DNA of 63,986 nt, counting the filler, from Planctomycetota bacterium (GTDB lineage: Bacteria > Planctomycetota > Planctomycetia > JALXBF01), in the NCBI GenBank assembly GCA_026991575.1. It is 7 parts of 7 records of this genome, joined end to end, with 100 filler letters (N's around TTAATTAATTAA, not from the genome) between each part and the next. Parts side by side here need not be neighbours in the genome. Positions count along the whole stretch, not along the records: positions 20,469 to 35,582 come from JALXBF010000126.1; 6 more parts are not named here. One strand, given 5' to 3'. Positions 21,894 through 33,597 of this stretch are shown here, piece after piece. Below the pieces are notes generated by a model. The model searched no databases, was not told the DNA's origin, and saw only the letters and a program-made list of their open reading frames with translations. The first letter of the stretch is position 1. Each line of letters begins with the position of its first letter. Position numbers and translations under genes: made by a program.

Positions 21894-22718
21894 GTGCTTC
21901 AGGCCACCCGTTCGGTCCGTTGCCTTGCCCTGGTCTTTGCCGTCGCGGCGCTGAGCGGTTGTCAGACCGGTTCACTGTTCGGGCCCCGGTACGCGACCGA
22001 TTCGGTAGCAAGCAGCTCGGCGCGACTCAACTTCCTGCGGCGGCTGCGCCCCAAGCAGCCAGCACCGACTCTCGATCGCTCCACCCGCCGTTCGGGCCAG
22101 GCAGCCAGCCTGCCTCAGCAGTACCGCCTGCGGGCCGAAGTGGCCTGGCGGCCCGAGACGCTCAGGCTGCCGGAAGCCCCCCGTCTCCGCTCAGGCAGCC
22201 TGTTGGCTCTGGAGACAGAGGTTGCCCGCTGGATCGCCGACGAGAAATTACTCTTCTACCCCCCAGCTCCAGCCCGACCTTGGCAGTACATCGTTCTTCA
22301 CCATAGTGCTTCAGAGAGTGATTCTCTGGAGACGATCGACCGATTCCACCGCGAAGTGCGCGGCTGGGACGGCTGCGGCTACCACTTCGTCATCGGCAAC
22401 GGAACCTACAGTGGCGACGGCGAAATCGAAGTCAGTCGCCGTTGGCTCGAACAAAAACACGGCGCCCACACGAAAGTCGCGGGCCACCCGGAGTACAACC
22501 GCTACGGCATTGGGATCTGCCTGGTGGGCAATTTCGAACAGCATCCACCGACGCCGAAACAAACTCAGGCGGCCCGGGCGCTGGTAGCCTACCTGATGGC
22601 GCGCTACAACATCCCCCCGTCACGCGTCAGCCTGCACCGTGTGCTGGCCGGTGGCCGTACGGCCTGTCCCGGCAGCCAGTTTCCAACACACGCATTACTG
22701 CCGAACTACTGGCAGTGA
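21894..22718 (+). CDS. N-acetylmuramoyl-L-alanine amidase (Amidase_2/PGRP) lipoprotein
   Basis: LSGC lipobox, [35 protein letters not shown]. Confidence 0.88.
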   Translation: MLQATRSVRCLALVFAVAALSGCQTGSLFGPRYATDSVASSSARLNFLRRLRPKQPAPTLDRSTRRSGQAASLPQQYRLRAEVAWRPETLRLPEAPRLRSGSLLALETEVARWIADEKLLFYPPAPARPWQYIVLHHSASESDSLETIDRFHREVRGWDGCGYHFVIGNGTYSGDGEIEVSRRWLEQKHGAHTKVAGHPEYNRYGIGICLVGNFEQHPPTPKQTQAARALVAYLMARYNIPPSRVSLHRVLAGGRTACPGSQFPTHALLPNYWQ

Positions 22719-25127
22719 GAATTCCACGACCTGCTCGGCGGGGGCCAGACATCGGTCCTGCGAGCACGCCTGGTACCGCACGCGGCAGCGCACGTGCAAC
22801 TTCTCAACCCCTGCGGCCAGGTCCGACGGTATCGGCAGCGCCAGGCCAAGCCGAACCTCCCCCCTCAGCACCCCCACCGTCTCGCCCGCCTGCATCAGCG
22901 TTCCGTTTGCCTCCGGATACTTGACGACGATCTTCGCCACGGCCGGGTCGGTCTCCACGACGACGCTCAGTGGGATGGCGTACGACGAGCCGGGATCATG
23001 CGCATAGATGTGCCAGCCGTCGGCCACGCGGAGCCGCAGCGCCACGTCGGCCGTCTGACCGGGCCGAACCGGCTGAGCATCCTGCTGCACAGCCACCTCG
23101 ACAACCGGTTGCTGCTGCGGCCCCCGATGCGGCTCGTGCCGGTCCAGGTACTCCGGCGGCAAGCCGCGGTCACGGTATTCAGCGATCGCAAGTAGCGCCG
23201 TAGGCAACGCGGCAGGCATCCGCTGCAGAAGGGGCGCCATGGTGCGGAGCGCGCCGGCAGCGATCCGAGCGTAACTCAGTTCGCCGGTGATTACCGCCAG
23301 CCTCACCAGGGACCGCGCCGCCAGCGACGTTGCACCGGGAACCGGTCCGTCGAACGCAATCTGTGGCCGAACTGGCAAGTGGACGTCGTGGTCCTCGGCG
23401 ACGTACCAGAAACTCTTGCGCTCTTCGTCCCAGAACCGCGCGATCATCTGATCGGCTAGCAGCCGCGCTTCTTTGAGCCATGAGCTGTCACCGCGCAACT
23501 GCGACAGTCGCAGCAGCGCCCAGACAAGCGCCGCATAGTCCTCAAGCGTTGCGGCCGGGCCCGGTGAACCGTGCAGGGAGCTGCGGTGGAGCTGGCGGCG
23601 GTCGCGCCAGAGCTCATCCAGTACCGCCCGCGCCGCCTGCGCAGCAAGCGCTCCGTATTCGGCCTCCCCGAGTGCGTCGGCTACGTCGGCTAGGCCCGCG
23701 ATCACGTATCCGTTCCAGGCCGCGATGATCTTCTCATCACGAAACGGTCGCACACGGCGCTCACGCACGGCCAGCAACTTGGCACGCAGCGCGTCCCAGC
23801 GGCGCATGGCCTCGTCCGGCGCAACACCCAGCGCCGTGGCCGCCTGCTGTGGTTCCAGCCGGCGGCACAACACGATGCGACCTTCCAGACGCGGTGCCTT
23901 CCGCAGGCCGAAGACCCGTTCGGCCAACGCGTATTCGTCTTTGTCAAGAGCGGCCCGCAGCTCTTCGTCCGTCCACAGATAGTAAAGCCCTTCCTTCCCT
24001 TCACTGTCGGCATCGAGCGCCGCGTAGAAAGCCCCCCCGGGCGAACGGAGCTCGCGCGTCAAGAACCGGACAGTCTCCGCCACGACTCGTCGGTACAACT
24101 CAGGCTGCTTACCGATCCTGGCCGCGCCGGCATACACGGACAGCAGCTGCCCGTTGTCGTAGAGCATCTTCTCAAAATGAGGCACCTCCCAGCGGCGGTC
24201 CGTGCTGTAGCGGTGAAACCCACCCCCCAACTGGTCATAGATGCCACCGGTAGCCATCTTGTCCAGCGTCAGCAAGAGCATCTTGCGGGCCTGGTCGTCG
24301 ACGTCGGCCTCCCGCAAGAGGAACACCAGACGAGGCGATTCGGGGAACTTCGGGATGCGGTCATTGTGTTCCGAATACCCGAAGCCGCCGTAAACGGGGT
24401 CAAAGCGTTCGGCGAGGGCCGCCACGGCTGCCCGCACCAGAGAGCGATCCAGCTTGACCAGCACCGGTGCCCGCCGCAGCTGCAGCTGCTGCTTGACCGC
24501 GTCCATTACCTGGGTCGCCGTCCGCTGCAGCTCGGCCCGGTGACTTTGCCAGGCCTCCGCGATGCGTAGCAGCACCGTCTTGAATCCCGGCAGGCCATGG
24601 CGATCTTCGGGCGGGAAGTAGGTTCCGCCAAAGAAGGGCTTGCCGTCCGGCGTCAGGAACACCGATAGCGGCCAGCCGGCATGGCCCTGCATCAGCTGCA
24701 CGGCGGTGATGTAGACCTCGTCGATGTCCGGCCGTTCTTCCCGGTCGACCTTGATGCTGATGAAGTGCTCGTTGAGGATCCGCGCGATCTCCTCGTTCTC
24801 GAAGCTCTCCTCCTCCATCACATGGCACCAGTGACAGGAACTGTAGCCGATCGACAGGAAGATCGGCTTCTGCTCGCGCCGCGCCCGCTCAAACGCCTCC
24901 TCACCCCACGGATACCAGTCCACCGGATTGTCCGCGTGCATCCTCAAGTAGGGACTGGTGGCGTTGGCTAGCCTATTGGGCCGGCGGACCTGGTCCTGGG
25001 CGGCCTTTCCCGAACCGCCCGACGCTCCGCATCCGAAAAGCATCAGCACGACAATCACTCCGGTGGCACGGCGGCAGAGCATGGCAAGCTGCATGGAATC
25101 GTATTCGGAGAAGGCCACGGCGGTCAC
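22695..25127 (-). CDS. YyaL/SSP411 (DUF255) thioredoxin-domain protein with C-terminal DsbD-N-like domain
   Basis: [32 protein letters not shown]; tail WHIYA...[12 protein letters not shown]; lipobox LFGC, so the true start is probably further downstream. Confidence 0.9.
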   Translation of the reverse strand: MTAVAFSEYDSMQLAMLCRRATGVIVVLMLFGCGASGGSGKAAQDQVRRPNRLANATSPYLRMHADNPVDWYPWGEEAFERARREQKPIFLSIGYSSCHWCHVMEEESFENEEIARILNEHFISIKVDREERPDIDEVYITAVQLMQGHAGWPLSVFLTPDGKPFFGGTYFPPEDRHGLPGFKTVLLRIAEAWQSHRAELQRTATQVMDAVKQQLQLRRAPVLVKLDRSLVRAAVAALAERFDPVYGGFGYSEHNDRIPKFPESPRLVFLLREADVDDQARKMLLLTLDKMATGGIYDQLGGGFHRYSTDRRWEVPHFEKMLYDNGQLLSVYAGAARIGKQPELYRRVVAETVRFLTRELRSPGGAFYAALDADSEGKEGLYYLWTDEELRAALDKDEYALAERVFGLRKAPRLEGRIVLCRRLEPQQAATALGVAPDEAMRRWDALRAKLLAVRERRVRPFRDEKIIAAWNGYVIAGLADVADALGEAEYGALAAQAARAVLDELWRDRRQLHRSSLHGSPGPAATLEDYAALVWALLRLSQLRGDSSWLKEARLLADQMIARFWDEERKSFWYVAEDHDVHLPVRPQIAFDGPVPGATSLAARSLVRLAVITGELSYARIAAGALRTMAPLLQRMPAALPTALLAIAEYRDRGLPPEYLDRHEPHRGPQQQPVVEVAVQQDAQPVRPGQTADVALRLRVADGWHIYAHDPGSSYAIPLSVVVETDPAVAKIVVKYPEANGTLMQAGETVGVLRGEVRLGLALPIPSDLAAGVEKLHVRCRVRYQACSQDRCLAPAEQVVEFSLPVVRQ

Positions 25128-26797
25128 TGCGGAACCTTCGGCCGAGCGTGTGGGCTGGACCAGTCGGGCAACTCACCGCTGTCGGCCAACTCGCTGCCGA
25201 CCAGGTACCACAGAACCAGGTCCTGGACGGCGCCGCCGAGGTTCCACGAGTCGGAGTACTCATCACTCGGTCGATGATAGTGCTTCCGTTCCCACTGCTC
25301 CATCACCCTACGCCCCCAGTCCGGCGGCTGGCCGATGAAGTCCGTGCCCGTATCAAGCGACACGGCGGGGATACCTTGCAGGGCGAAGCTGAAGTGGTCG
25401 GAGCGGAAGTAAAAACCGCGGTCTGGGAACTGATCGGGCCGTACCGTACGGCCCTGCCAGTGCGCGACCCGCAGGATCCAGCGGTCCAGTGAGCTCCGTC
25501 CCAAGCCGATGACGGTCACGTCGCGGGTCCGCCCCCAAATGTTCATGCCGTCCAGGTTCAGGCAGGCCACCGGGCGTGTGATGCTGGCGGGCAGATGAGT
25601 CGCCAGGTAACGCGAGCCGAGCAAGCCCTGTTCTTCGGCAGCAACGGCTGCGAACACGATCGACCGGCGCGGCCCGGGCCGCTGAGCGGCAAACGCTCGC
25701 GCCAGGGCCAGCAGGCCGGCCGTGCCACTGGCGTTGTCCAGCGCGCCGTTGTAGATGCCATCCCTGCCGGCGGCAACCTCGGCAGGGTCGACTCCGAGGT
25801 GATCAAAGTGCGCCGTGTAGATGATCGCTTCCTCCGGCCGATCACTGCCCGGCAGCAGGCCGACGACGTTAGCCGTGTCGACGGGCCGCAGGGTGACGCG
25901 GAACGTAGCGCGGAGCTGGATGCCGAGGTCAATCGGCCGAAAATCGCGCCGCCTGGCCCGAGCAAACAGCTCCTCCAGCGTGTAGCCACCAAGGGCGACT
26001 AACTGGGCGCTGGCTCGCTTGCTCAGCCACATCTCCACCTGAGGGTGCGCGTCCCTGCTTCCGCGCAACTGGAACTGCTCCCCGCTCCAGGAGCTCTCCA
26101 CCACATCCCATGGATAGCCCGCTGAAGGTGTCGTGTGGATGATGATCGCCGCAGCGGCCCCGTGCCGCGCCGCCTCGGCGTACTTGTAATCCCAGCGGCC
26201 GTAGTACGTACGCGCTTCGCCCTCGAACAGTTCCGGGTCATCGGCAGGATCATTGTTGACGATCAGGACGATCTTGCCGCGAACGTCCACGTCCTTGTAG
26301 TCATCCCAGTTGTACTCGGGTGCCACGATGCCGTAGCCCACGAACACGACCCGCGCAGGGCCAAGCTCAATCTGTTCCCGCTGTACGCCTGCCACGGCCA
26401 CATAGTCCCGGAGGTATCGGACCGAGAGCGTCCTCCCATCGCTGCTTCGAAAGACGATCTGCTCCGGGCACCGGGTGGTCATGCCCAGCAACGCCACCGG
26501 CTGCAACCATCCCCCGCTACCGAAAGCGGGCTTGAGGCCGAGTTTTTGGAATTCGGTAGCCAGGTAGAGCTGAGCAAGCCGGTCACCGCGCGTACCCGGG
26601 GCGCGTCCTTCGAGCAGATCGTCGGCCAGAAAGCGGATGCACCCGCGCAGGTACTCCTCGGTTAACGCCTCTGCGGCTTTCAAACGGTGGGCCGCGGGCC
26701 GGTAGTCCTCCTGACCACGTGTCGCTGCAAGCGGCGCAAGTGCCAGCCAGAGAAACCAGACGCTAGCAACCATGACCGGCGTGGCATGAGGCTTCAT
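25124..26797 (-). CDS. M28 family peptidase with PA domain
   Basis: [46 protein letters not shown]. Confidence 0.92.
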   Translation of the reverse strand: MKPHATPVMVASVWFLWLALAPLAATRGQEDYRPAAHRLKAAEALTEEYLRGCIRFLADDLLEGRAPGTRGDRLAQLYLATEFQKLGLKPAFGSGGWLQPVALLGMTTRCPEQIVFRSSDGRTLSVRYLRDYVAVAGVQREQIELGPARVVFVGYGIVAPEYNWDDYKDVDVRGKIVLIVNNDPADDPELFEGEARTYYGRWDYKYAEAARHGAAAAIIIHTTPSAGYPWDVVESSWSGEQFQLRGSRDAHPQVEMWLSKRASAQLVALGGYTLEELFARARRRDFRPIDLGIQLRATFRVTLRPVDTANVVGLLPGSDRPEEAIIYTAHFDHLGVDPAEVAAGRDGIYNGALDNASGTAGLLALARAFAAQRPGPRRSIVFAAVAAEEQGLLGSRYLATHLPASITRPVACLNLDGMNIWGRTRDVTVIGLGRSSLDRWILRVAHWQGRTVRPDQFPDRGFYFRSDHFSFALQGIPAVSLDTGTDFIGQPPDWGRRVMEQWERKHYHRPSDEYSDSWNLGGAVQDLVLWYLVGSELADSGELPDWSSPHARPKVPQ

Positions 26798-27632
26798 GGC
26801 AGTCTCGTCCGGCCGCGTAGGACGGTGGTTGCATCCACGATGGAGCGGACAACCAAGCGATCGTTCGTGCTGTTTATGCTACGCCGCTGCCGCATGCTCC
26901 GGTACACTGCGAGATGCAGGTCCGCTCTTGGGGGCCGGATCCGGAAACGGGTTGCTCTGCGGTGACGCGGAGGCTGGTGGCCAGGCTGCTTTCGCGGTGG
27001 GTCGGGCCGTTCGAATCGTGCCTGCGGGGCTCCGGTGAGTGACCGGCCAACGGGTTTAGCCCCCGGGACGCAACGTTGATCGAGTAGCACCAGCGTAGCC
27101 GCCCCCCGTCTTTTCTGTTCTCCTGAGCCGCGGCCGTTTCCGCGCCGTCGGCTGCACACCCAGCGATCGGCTCTCAAGCCATCCGGTCCGCGCTCGTGCC
27201 ACCGACGTCAGATCGCGTGGTCGCAGAGCACTCGAAGAACGAACCTTGGGCCGCGTGCTTTGATAGTGGCCGGCAAGCCGCGCTTGCCGTGAGCCGGGCA
27301 TGCACGTGGCGAAACGGTGCTCCGGTGCCAATCGTAGGCACTCAGGCTTGCAGGAGGGGGGGAAAGCCGCGCCGGGGGTGCGATGTGTACGAGCCGTTGC
27401 ACAAGGCTACGTATACCGTGCCGACGGACCCACCCGGCGGGGCCAACATGCCGGAGGTCGCCAGAAACGGGCATTGTCGCGGGCCGGTTCCAGAGGCACG
27501 CTACAACGGCTGAGTTCGGCTCTGACGCAGCTGGGTCGGCGTGTGCGCAGAGAACCCGCCCCGCGGACCGGTTTGCAACAAGGCACCGCGGGGCGGGAGG
27601 GGGCGTGGGGCGTGATGCGGGGGCCGAAGCAA

Positions 27633-28841
27633 CTAGCTCACGATCTCCACCGGATCGAACCGGCCCATCAGTACCGGTTCGGACGGGATGCCAAGCCAGC
27701 GTTCGAGCACAGCGGCGTACACGGAGCGGAAGTCGGTGTGGAACTTCAGATCGCCGTCCACGAGGTCGTCCAGCGGCGGATGCGGTCCGATGAGTCCGCT
27801 GCGCACCCTGCCGCCGAAGAGAAACATTGGGGCTGCCGTGCCGTGGTCCGTGCCCTCGGACGCGTTCTCGCCCACGCGGCGACCGAATTCCGAGAATGTC
27901 ATGATCAGGATGCGGTCCAGATGGCCTTGCTGCTGCATGTCGCGGCAGAAGGCGGTAACTGCCTCGGAGAGCCGAGACAGCAGCAGCTGGTGCCGGGGTG
28001 CCTGCCCGGAGTGGGTGTCGAAGCCGTCGATGGACGTGTAGAAGATCCGCGTATCAAACCCCCCTGCGATCACCTGCGCGATCATGCGAAGCTTCCTTCC
28101 CAGCGGCGTGTCCGGGTACGCCACCGCCGGCTTGTACGTGGCCGTGATCCGCTCAAACTGCGCTGCGGTCTGGTAGCTGTCCAGGATTGACCGCTGCAGG
28201 AACTGGAGCGTCGGGTCGGGTCTGGGCACAGCGGCTACCGTGGTGCTGACGCGGCGCAGTTCCTCTTCCATCTCCAGCCGGAACTGATCGAGCGATGCGA
28301 CCAGCGGCACGGTACGACGTCCGGCCAGCGCCAGCGGCAGCTCCGCGCCCCCGAAGCAGATCGCCGGGTTGCCGCGGTAGTCCCGCACCGGGGGCTGCTC
28401 CAGCGCGCGGCCCAGCCAGCCAGTCTCAGGCAGCCGCTCTGCCACGCTGGCCGTGTGCCAGATATCCATGGACCGGAAGTGGGACCGGCTCGGGTTCGGA
28501 TAGCCTACGCCCTGGACGATGCCTACGAGGCCGTCTTCGAGCAGTTCGCGCACCCCTTTCATCGCGGGATGCAGACCGTGGTAGTCGTCGATCTTGAGCA
28601 CCTGGTCCTTGCCGATGCGGAGCGCAACGCGGTACTTCGCGTACAGCTCGTCGCCGTAAGGTACCACGGTATTGAGTCCGTCGTTGCCGCCGGTGAGCTG
28701 AATGACCACCAGGATCCGGTCGTTTGCCGGCTTGCCCGACCGCCAGGCCGCAGCGGCAGAATTGCGCAGAAACAGTGGCACGGTGCTGCCCATCGCCAGC
28801 AGGGCGCTGTGCTTGAGGAAGTCGCGTCTTGTCCGCAGCAT
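27633..28841 (-). CDS. DUF1501 protein (Tat-exported)
   Basis: TRRDFLK, GGNDGLNTVVP, SHFRS, GFDTH, SEFGRR, GTDHG. Confidence 0.92.
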   Translation of the reverse strand: MLRTRRDFLKHSALLAMGSTVPLFLRNSAAAAWRSGKPANDRILVVIQLTGGNDGLNTVVPYGDELYAKYRVALRIGKDQVLKIDDYHGLHPAMKGVRELLEDGLVGIVQGVGYPNPSRSHFRSMDIWHTASVAERLPETGWLGRALEQPPVRDYRGNPAICFGGAELPLALAGRRTVPLVASLDQFRLEMEEELRRVSTTVAAVPRPDPTLQFLQRSILDSYQTAAQFERITATYKPAVAYPDTPLGRKLRMIAQVIAGGFDTRIFYTSIDGFDTHSGQAPRHQLLLSRLSEAVTAFCRDMQQQGHLDRILIMTFSEFGRRVGENASEGTDHGTAAPMFLFGGRVRSGLIGPHPPLDDLVDGDLKFHTDFRSVYAAVLERWLGIPSEPVLMGRFDPVEIVS

Positions 28842-28880
28842 GCTGCTCCTCCTCCGGACAAAGTCCGCCGGCGTGGCGGA

Positions 28881-30353
28881 TCAGACCAGTTGGTACTCTG
28901 GCTGGGTGGCGAGGGCCACGACCAGGCCACGGGCGGCCCGATCCAGCGCCTCGCCGTCCTCACGCGATGGCACCGCCCGACGGTACTCTTCGCTCAGCGC
29001 TGCCATCGCTTTGCGGGGCAGGCGGCCGTCGAGCATGAGCGTCACGTAGAAGCGTAGGATTGCCTCCCGATCACCGAAGCCATATCGTCTTGCCAGCGCC
29101 ACCGGATCGAAGCTTCCCTCGAACGGACCACCGGAGCGCCGTACCAGGTTTCGGATGAAGCGGGCTCGGATGATCAGCGTCTGGGCGTTAATCCAGGCCG
29201 GGCCGTCATCCCAACCGGCCACGCTGGGTGGATGCAGGAGCTGCTGGCCGAGCTGGGCAAGGATTGTGGCCAGGTGGCGTGGCCGTGAGCTTGCCGGTTC
29301 CAGGCGGCGCACGGTTCCGACGACGTAGTCGACCGGAGAGGCAACCTTGCGCCGGTAGGCCAGCGGCGAGAAGAAGACACGTGACCGGACCATGCGATCG
29401 ACCAGCGCGTGGGTGTCGAAGCCGCTGTTGCGGAACGAGTCATACAGCGGCTCAAGAAGGCCGTCGGGGATCGGGTCCAGCTCGTTGATGAACCAGCGAT
29501 AGAGCTTCTGCACCAAGAAACGGCTTGCCGCCGGCTGCTGGAGGACGATCCGGATCACGTCGTCTCCGTCCCAGTTGCCCGTCTGGTTCAGGATCGTCTT
29601 CTGACCATAGTCGTGTTCGGCGGCGGCGAAGAAGAACCGGCCGCGGCGTACGAACCAGCCGGTAAACGCTCGGGCAGCTTCCTTGATGTCCTTCTCCGTG
29701 TAATTGCCGATGCCCAGCGTGAACAGCTCCATCAGTTCGCGGGCATAGTTTTCATTGGGAGCGACGCGTCGATTGGCGTTGCCGTCAAGCCAGACCAACA
29801 TGGCCGGATCCCGCGACACGGCGCGCAGGAGCGATTCGAACTCATGTGGCCTGCCCCCCTCAATGACCGGCTCGCCCCGCTCATAGCGGCGGAAAAGCCG
29901 GATCTGACCGACCATGTACCGGAGATTCTGAACCTTGTCCTGCGAGGTCGCGAAATGGTCGTGCCAGAAAAGAGTCATGCGTTCCACGAGTGGCCGGCCG
30001 CCGTGGAGCATGCGCAGGATCCAGACCGCCTGCACGCCGATATCGCTGTTGACTTGCAAGAAGGTCCGTTCCAGGTTGTCGAAGAGTTCATCGGGCCAGC
30101 GGGGTTGTTGGAAACCGTGCCAGAGTTCGTCGATCAACCTCTGCGGTCCCAGCCGCACGCCACGCTGCAGCTCGCTCCAGCTTCCCCCGAAACCGGCGCG
30201 GCGCAGCGCGTGTGCGGCCCAGGTGCGCGTCCATGGCGTACCGCCGCTAGGCTCGTACGGCTGCCAGGCTCGTTCCGGGTCAGATAAGAGCGTACGCACA
30301 TGCGGATGGTCAAAGATCGGAGCGTTGGGCTGGCCTGTTTCGTGCACAAGCAT
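28881..30353 (-). CDS. DUF1800 family protein
   Basis: RRAGFG, LFWHDHFATS, PNENYARELMELFTLG, PPSVAGW, PEYQL; directly upstream of DUF1501. Confidence 0.92.
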   Translation of the reverse strand: MLVHETGQPNAPIFDHPHVRTLLSDPERAWQPYEPSGGTPWTRTWAAHALRRAGFGGSWSELQRGVRLGPQRLIDELWHGFQQPRWPDELFDNLERTFLQVNSDIGVQAVWILRMLHGGRPLVERMTLFWHDHFATSQDKVQNLRYMVGQIRLFRRYERGEPVIEGGRPHEFESLLRAVSRDPAMLVWLDGNANRRVAPNENYARELMELFTLGIGNYTEKDIKEAARAFTGWFVRRGRFFFAAAEHDYGQKTILNQTGNWDGDDVIRIVLQQPAASRFLVQKLYRWFINELDPIPDGLLEPLYDSFRNSGFDTHALVDRMVRSRVFFSPLAYRRKVASPVDYVVGTVRRLEPASSRPRHLATILAQLGQQLLHPPSVAGWDDGPAWINAQTLIIRARFIRNLVRRSGGPFEGSFDPVALARRYGFGDREAILRFYVTLMLDGRLPRKAMAALSEEYRRAVPSREDGEALDRAARGLVVALATQPEYQLV

Positions 30354-30414
30354 GACCGTTGATCCCCGGCATGTCGGGTGCGAGGAGGTGAGGGCGGACC
30401 ACTCCCACGCGGCA

Positions 30415-32241
30415 TCACTTGCGGTTGATGTCGATCCGCAGGTACATGGTGTCAGCCGTAGCTCCCCAGAGGAAGCGGGCATCGGCGAAGAGCCGTATCG
30501 CTTTGATTAGCAGTTCGACCCGTGCGCGTGCTTCCGCCGGATCGATGCCCTCCTCGACTACCTGCTGATGAGCTAGCGCGTCGATATTCTGCTCCAGCAG
30601 ACGCGCGATCGGATCGGCGTATAACTCCAGCACCACGTTGTGCGGCGTCGTGGCAGTGGCGGATGGATCGTCCTTGAGCAGGTCGATAATCTGCTGGACG
30701 ACGCCTTCGCTTGAGCCGATCACGGCGTAGTCGTCGCAGAGGGCGAACGTGGGTGCGAAGTTGTACAGGAACGATTCCAGCTCCTGGGCGCTACCGTCGA
30801 CCGGCTTGCGGAAACGGGCAACGGTCAGCGTCACGCCGCGATGCTCGGTGGTACTGACCAGCAGCCTCGGCTGGTTGTTCTGCGCCAGGCCCAGGTTTGC
30901 CAGGCCGATGAGCGTCTGGTAGGCGATCAGCAGGTCCTCACCGAACGTCTCCGGGTCCTTGATCCGCTGCACGTAGGCGAACGCCGGCAGTTTGATCGCC
31001 GGCTGCCGTTCACCCGCCGCGTACTGTTGCTCGACGACCACGATCCGGATCCGTGGATCCAGCTGCCCGAGTACCTCGGAGGCGAAGTCCCGGTTTGGGA
31101 ACAGCAGCCGGCCGAGTTCGTTCTCGAGCTCGATGAAACCGGTCAACCCTTGGCGTTTGACCAGCCGGTCCTTCACGTCCCAGAACCCTTTCAGGTCGCG
31201 GTACACGCTGAAGCTCAACAGCGTGCCCTTGGGCCGCAGCGGCACGGCCGCTTCCTTGCCGCGTTCCACCGCATACGCCCACTGCCAGTGCTCAGGCCAC
31301 TCGGGTGACTTGCGCGGCAGTTCAACAATCAACGACAGCCCGTTGCTGCGCTGCCAGAGTGAGGCGGTGAAGTAGTCGGCTTCCGTAAGAACCTTCGGCA
31401 GTCCCCCAAACAGGAACGGCACACCGCCGTCGTCGAACTTCTCGGCACGGAACGCTTGGTAAAGCTCGCGCAGCCCGTCCACGTTGCGAAGCGGAGCGGT
31501 GCGGGCAAACAGCCAGCCGACCTGCTTGCTACCGGGAGCCGGGGCTTCATCGGTGCGTGCCAGCGCGTTGGCCGCCTGCTGGCGCGCCGCCCGGAACAGC
31601 GGATCGCGCGCAAGCGATCCCTCGGGCGACTGGCCGGCGTAGCGACGCACGAGCTCACGAAGGAGCTCAGCATTGTTGGCCAGGACCAGATCGCCCCGGT
31701 GAACAAAGTACGCAAAGGCCTTGCCGGCTACCCAGACGGTGATGCCGCTTTCCGTCACACGGCGAACCCTGCCGTTTTCGGACGCGAGTTCGCGGATCAA
31801 TTCGCCGACTTGTTCGGCAGTCTTCGGCTTGTCGCTGCGGAGAACGACAGCAACGGCCGGGTCCGTACCCTCGTTTGCGCGGATAGCCAGGAACACGCCG
31901 CCGCTAGTGCTTCGCCTGAGTGCCTCCTTCCAACTCATGCCCAGCCGGGTTTCCACATAGGCCAGCGCGGCGCGGAGTTGGGCGTACTCCCGAGAGCGAA
32001 GGAAACGGCGCAGCTGCGGGGTTTGGCTCAGCAGATCCTGGACCCCGCCGCTGAGCCAGTAGTCGGCCAACTCGACCGGCTGATGCAGTTCGGCGTAGAT
32101 GACCGTATCACCGGGCAAGAACGCCGCGACCTGGTCGTCTGCAGCCGCCGCCGGCGCGGCTGCAGCAACCGGCACCAGCAACGCCAAGAGTAGAACGGGA
32201 GATGGTATGGCAGGCAAGCCTCTGCGCAGCATCATGACCAT
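30415..32241 (-). CDS. Secreted hypothetical protein (DUF3352-like)
   Basis: GGAGG RBS, signal peptide, FLPGDT start of mature part; co-oriented with DUF1800/DUF1501. Confidence 0.7.
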   Translation of the reverse strand: MVMMLRRGLPAIPSPVLLLALLVPVAAAAPAAAADDQVAAFLPGDTVIYAELHQPVELADYWLSGGVQDLLSQTPQLRRFLRSREYAQLRAALAYVETRLGMSWKEALRRSTSGGVFLAIRANEGTDPAVAVVLRSDKPKTAEQVGELIRELASENGRVRRVTESGITVWVAGKAFAYFVHRGDLVLANNAELLRELVRRYAGQSPEGSLARDPLFRAARQQAANALARTDEAPAPGSKQVGWLFARTAPLRNVDGLRELYQAFRAEKFDDGGVPFLFGGLPKVLTEADYFTASLWQRSNGLSLIVELPRKSPEWPEHWQWAYAVERGKEAAVPLRPKGTLLSFSVYRDLKGFWDVKDRLVKRQGLTGFIELENELGRLLFPNRDFASEVLGQLDPRIRIVVVEQQYAAGERQPAIKLPAFAYVQRIKDPETFGEDLLIAYQTLIGLANLGLAQNNQPRLLVSTTEHRGVTLTVARFRKPVDGSAQELESFLYNFAPTFALCDDYAVIGSSEGVVQQIIDLLKDDPSATATTPHNVVLELYADPIARLLEQNIDALAHQQVVEEGIDPAEARARVELLIKAIRLFADARFLWGATADTMYLRIDINRK

Positions 32242-32429
32242 TGCCTCCGGGTTGATCGCGGGACGGGCTGCTCTGCGCCTAACGATACCCAATGGCCAGT
32301 ACAAGGTTTCGTGATCCCCGAAACTTCCGGCCCCGGCTGCCCACGGAGCAAGCGGGATGGCATGGGCACGGTGATACACTTTAGTCCATGACTTCAACCC
32401 TGAGGTCGTGATCTGGAGGAGGCGAACCG

Positions 32430-33350
32430 ATGGCTTTGCCCGAAGTGAAGCCGGGACAGACCCGGATCGGCTGGATCGGCACCGGGGTTATGGGCAACAG
32501 CATGTGCGGCCACTTGCTGGCGGCCGGTTACCCGTGCACCGTCTACAACCGGACCCGCGAGAAAGCGGCCAACCTGATGGAACGTGGCGCTCGCTGGGCA
32601 GATTCACCCAGGGCGGTTGCTGAGCAGTCGGACGTTGTCTTTACGATCGTCGGGTATCCGAAGGACGTGCGTGAGGTCTACCTGGGGGAGCAAGGCATTC
32701 TGGCTGGCGCACGTCCTGGAACGGTCATCGTGGACATGACAACAAGTGAGCCGGCGCTGGCAGTGGAGATCTACGAAGCGGCCAAGGCCAAGGGAGTGCA
32801 TGCGGTCGACGCGCCTGTGTCCGGAGGCGATGTCGGAGCGCGCGAAGCCCGGCTGTCGATCATGATTGGCGGCGACGAAGAGGTGGTCCGGGCGATCTGG
32901 CCACTGTTTGAATGCATGGGTAAGACGATCGTGTACCAGGGACCGGCCGGTTCCGGCCAACACACCAAGATGGTCAACCAGATCCTGGTTGCCGGCACGA
33001 TGATCAGCGTGTGCGAGGCGTTGCTTTACGGGTACAAGGCCGGCTTGGACCTGAACACTGTGCTGAAGTCGGTGAGCAGCGGTGCCGCCGGGAGCTGGAC
33101 ATTGTCCAACCTCGCGCCCCGCATGCTCGCGGGCAACTACGAGCCGGGTTTCTTCGTGGAGCACTTTGTCAAGGACATGGAGATTGCCTTGAACGAGTGC
33201 CGCCGCATGAACCTGGCGCTTCCCGGCCTGGCACTAGTACACCAGCTTTACGTGGCGCTGAAGGCGCAAGGCCGGGGTCGCAACGGCACGCAGGCCCTGA
33301 TCCTGGCCCTGGCCGAACTGTCCCGCGTCGACTGGAAGCCTCAGACTTAG
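32430..33350 (+). CDS. NAD(P)-dependent beta-hydroxyacid dehydrogenase (3-hydroxyisobutyrate DH family)
   Basis: [35 protein letters not shown]. Confidence 0.93.
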   Translation: MALPEVKPGQTRIGWIGTGVMGNSMCGHLLAAGYPCTVYNRTREKAANLMERGARWADSPRAVAEQSDVVFTIVGYPKDVREVYLGEQGILAGARPGTVIVDMTTSEPALAVEIYEAAKAKGVHAVDAPVSGGDVGAREARLSIMIGGDEEVVRAIWPLFECMGKTIVYQGPAGSGQHTKMVNQILVAGTMISVCEALLYGYKAGLDLNTVLKSVSSGAAGSWTLSNLAPRMLAGNYEPGFFVEHFVKDMEIALNECRRMNLALPGLALVHQLYVALKAQGRGRNGTQALILALAELSRVDWKPQT

Positions 33351-33597
33351 CCCCCTCATATAGCCTCTGCTTTCCTCAGGTCCGGCCGCCGCGCCCGCGG
33401 TGGTCCCTCGGAAACCGGGCGAGGTTGTCCTGTGTCCTGCCCGGTTTTCCCCGCCACCTCGCGGGAGATGTGCCGGTCTAGGTCCCGGGCAAACCGTCCA
33501 GGACTGCCGGTCGGATAATGTAGTGCACACGAGCTGAGGATGCTTTCGGCCGATGGCCTCTCCCGGTCCGTGCCGAACCTGTTAGCGGAGCAAGCCC

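Noticed and set aside
26798..27632. ncRNA or gene in the 830-nt gap
   Set aside because: Only a GC hairpin near 27555-27597; no recognisable motif or credible ORF
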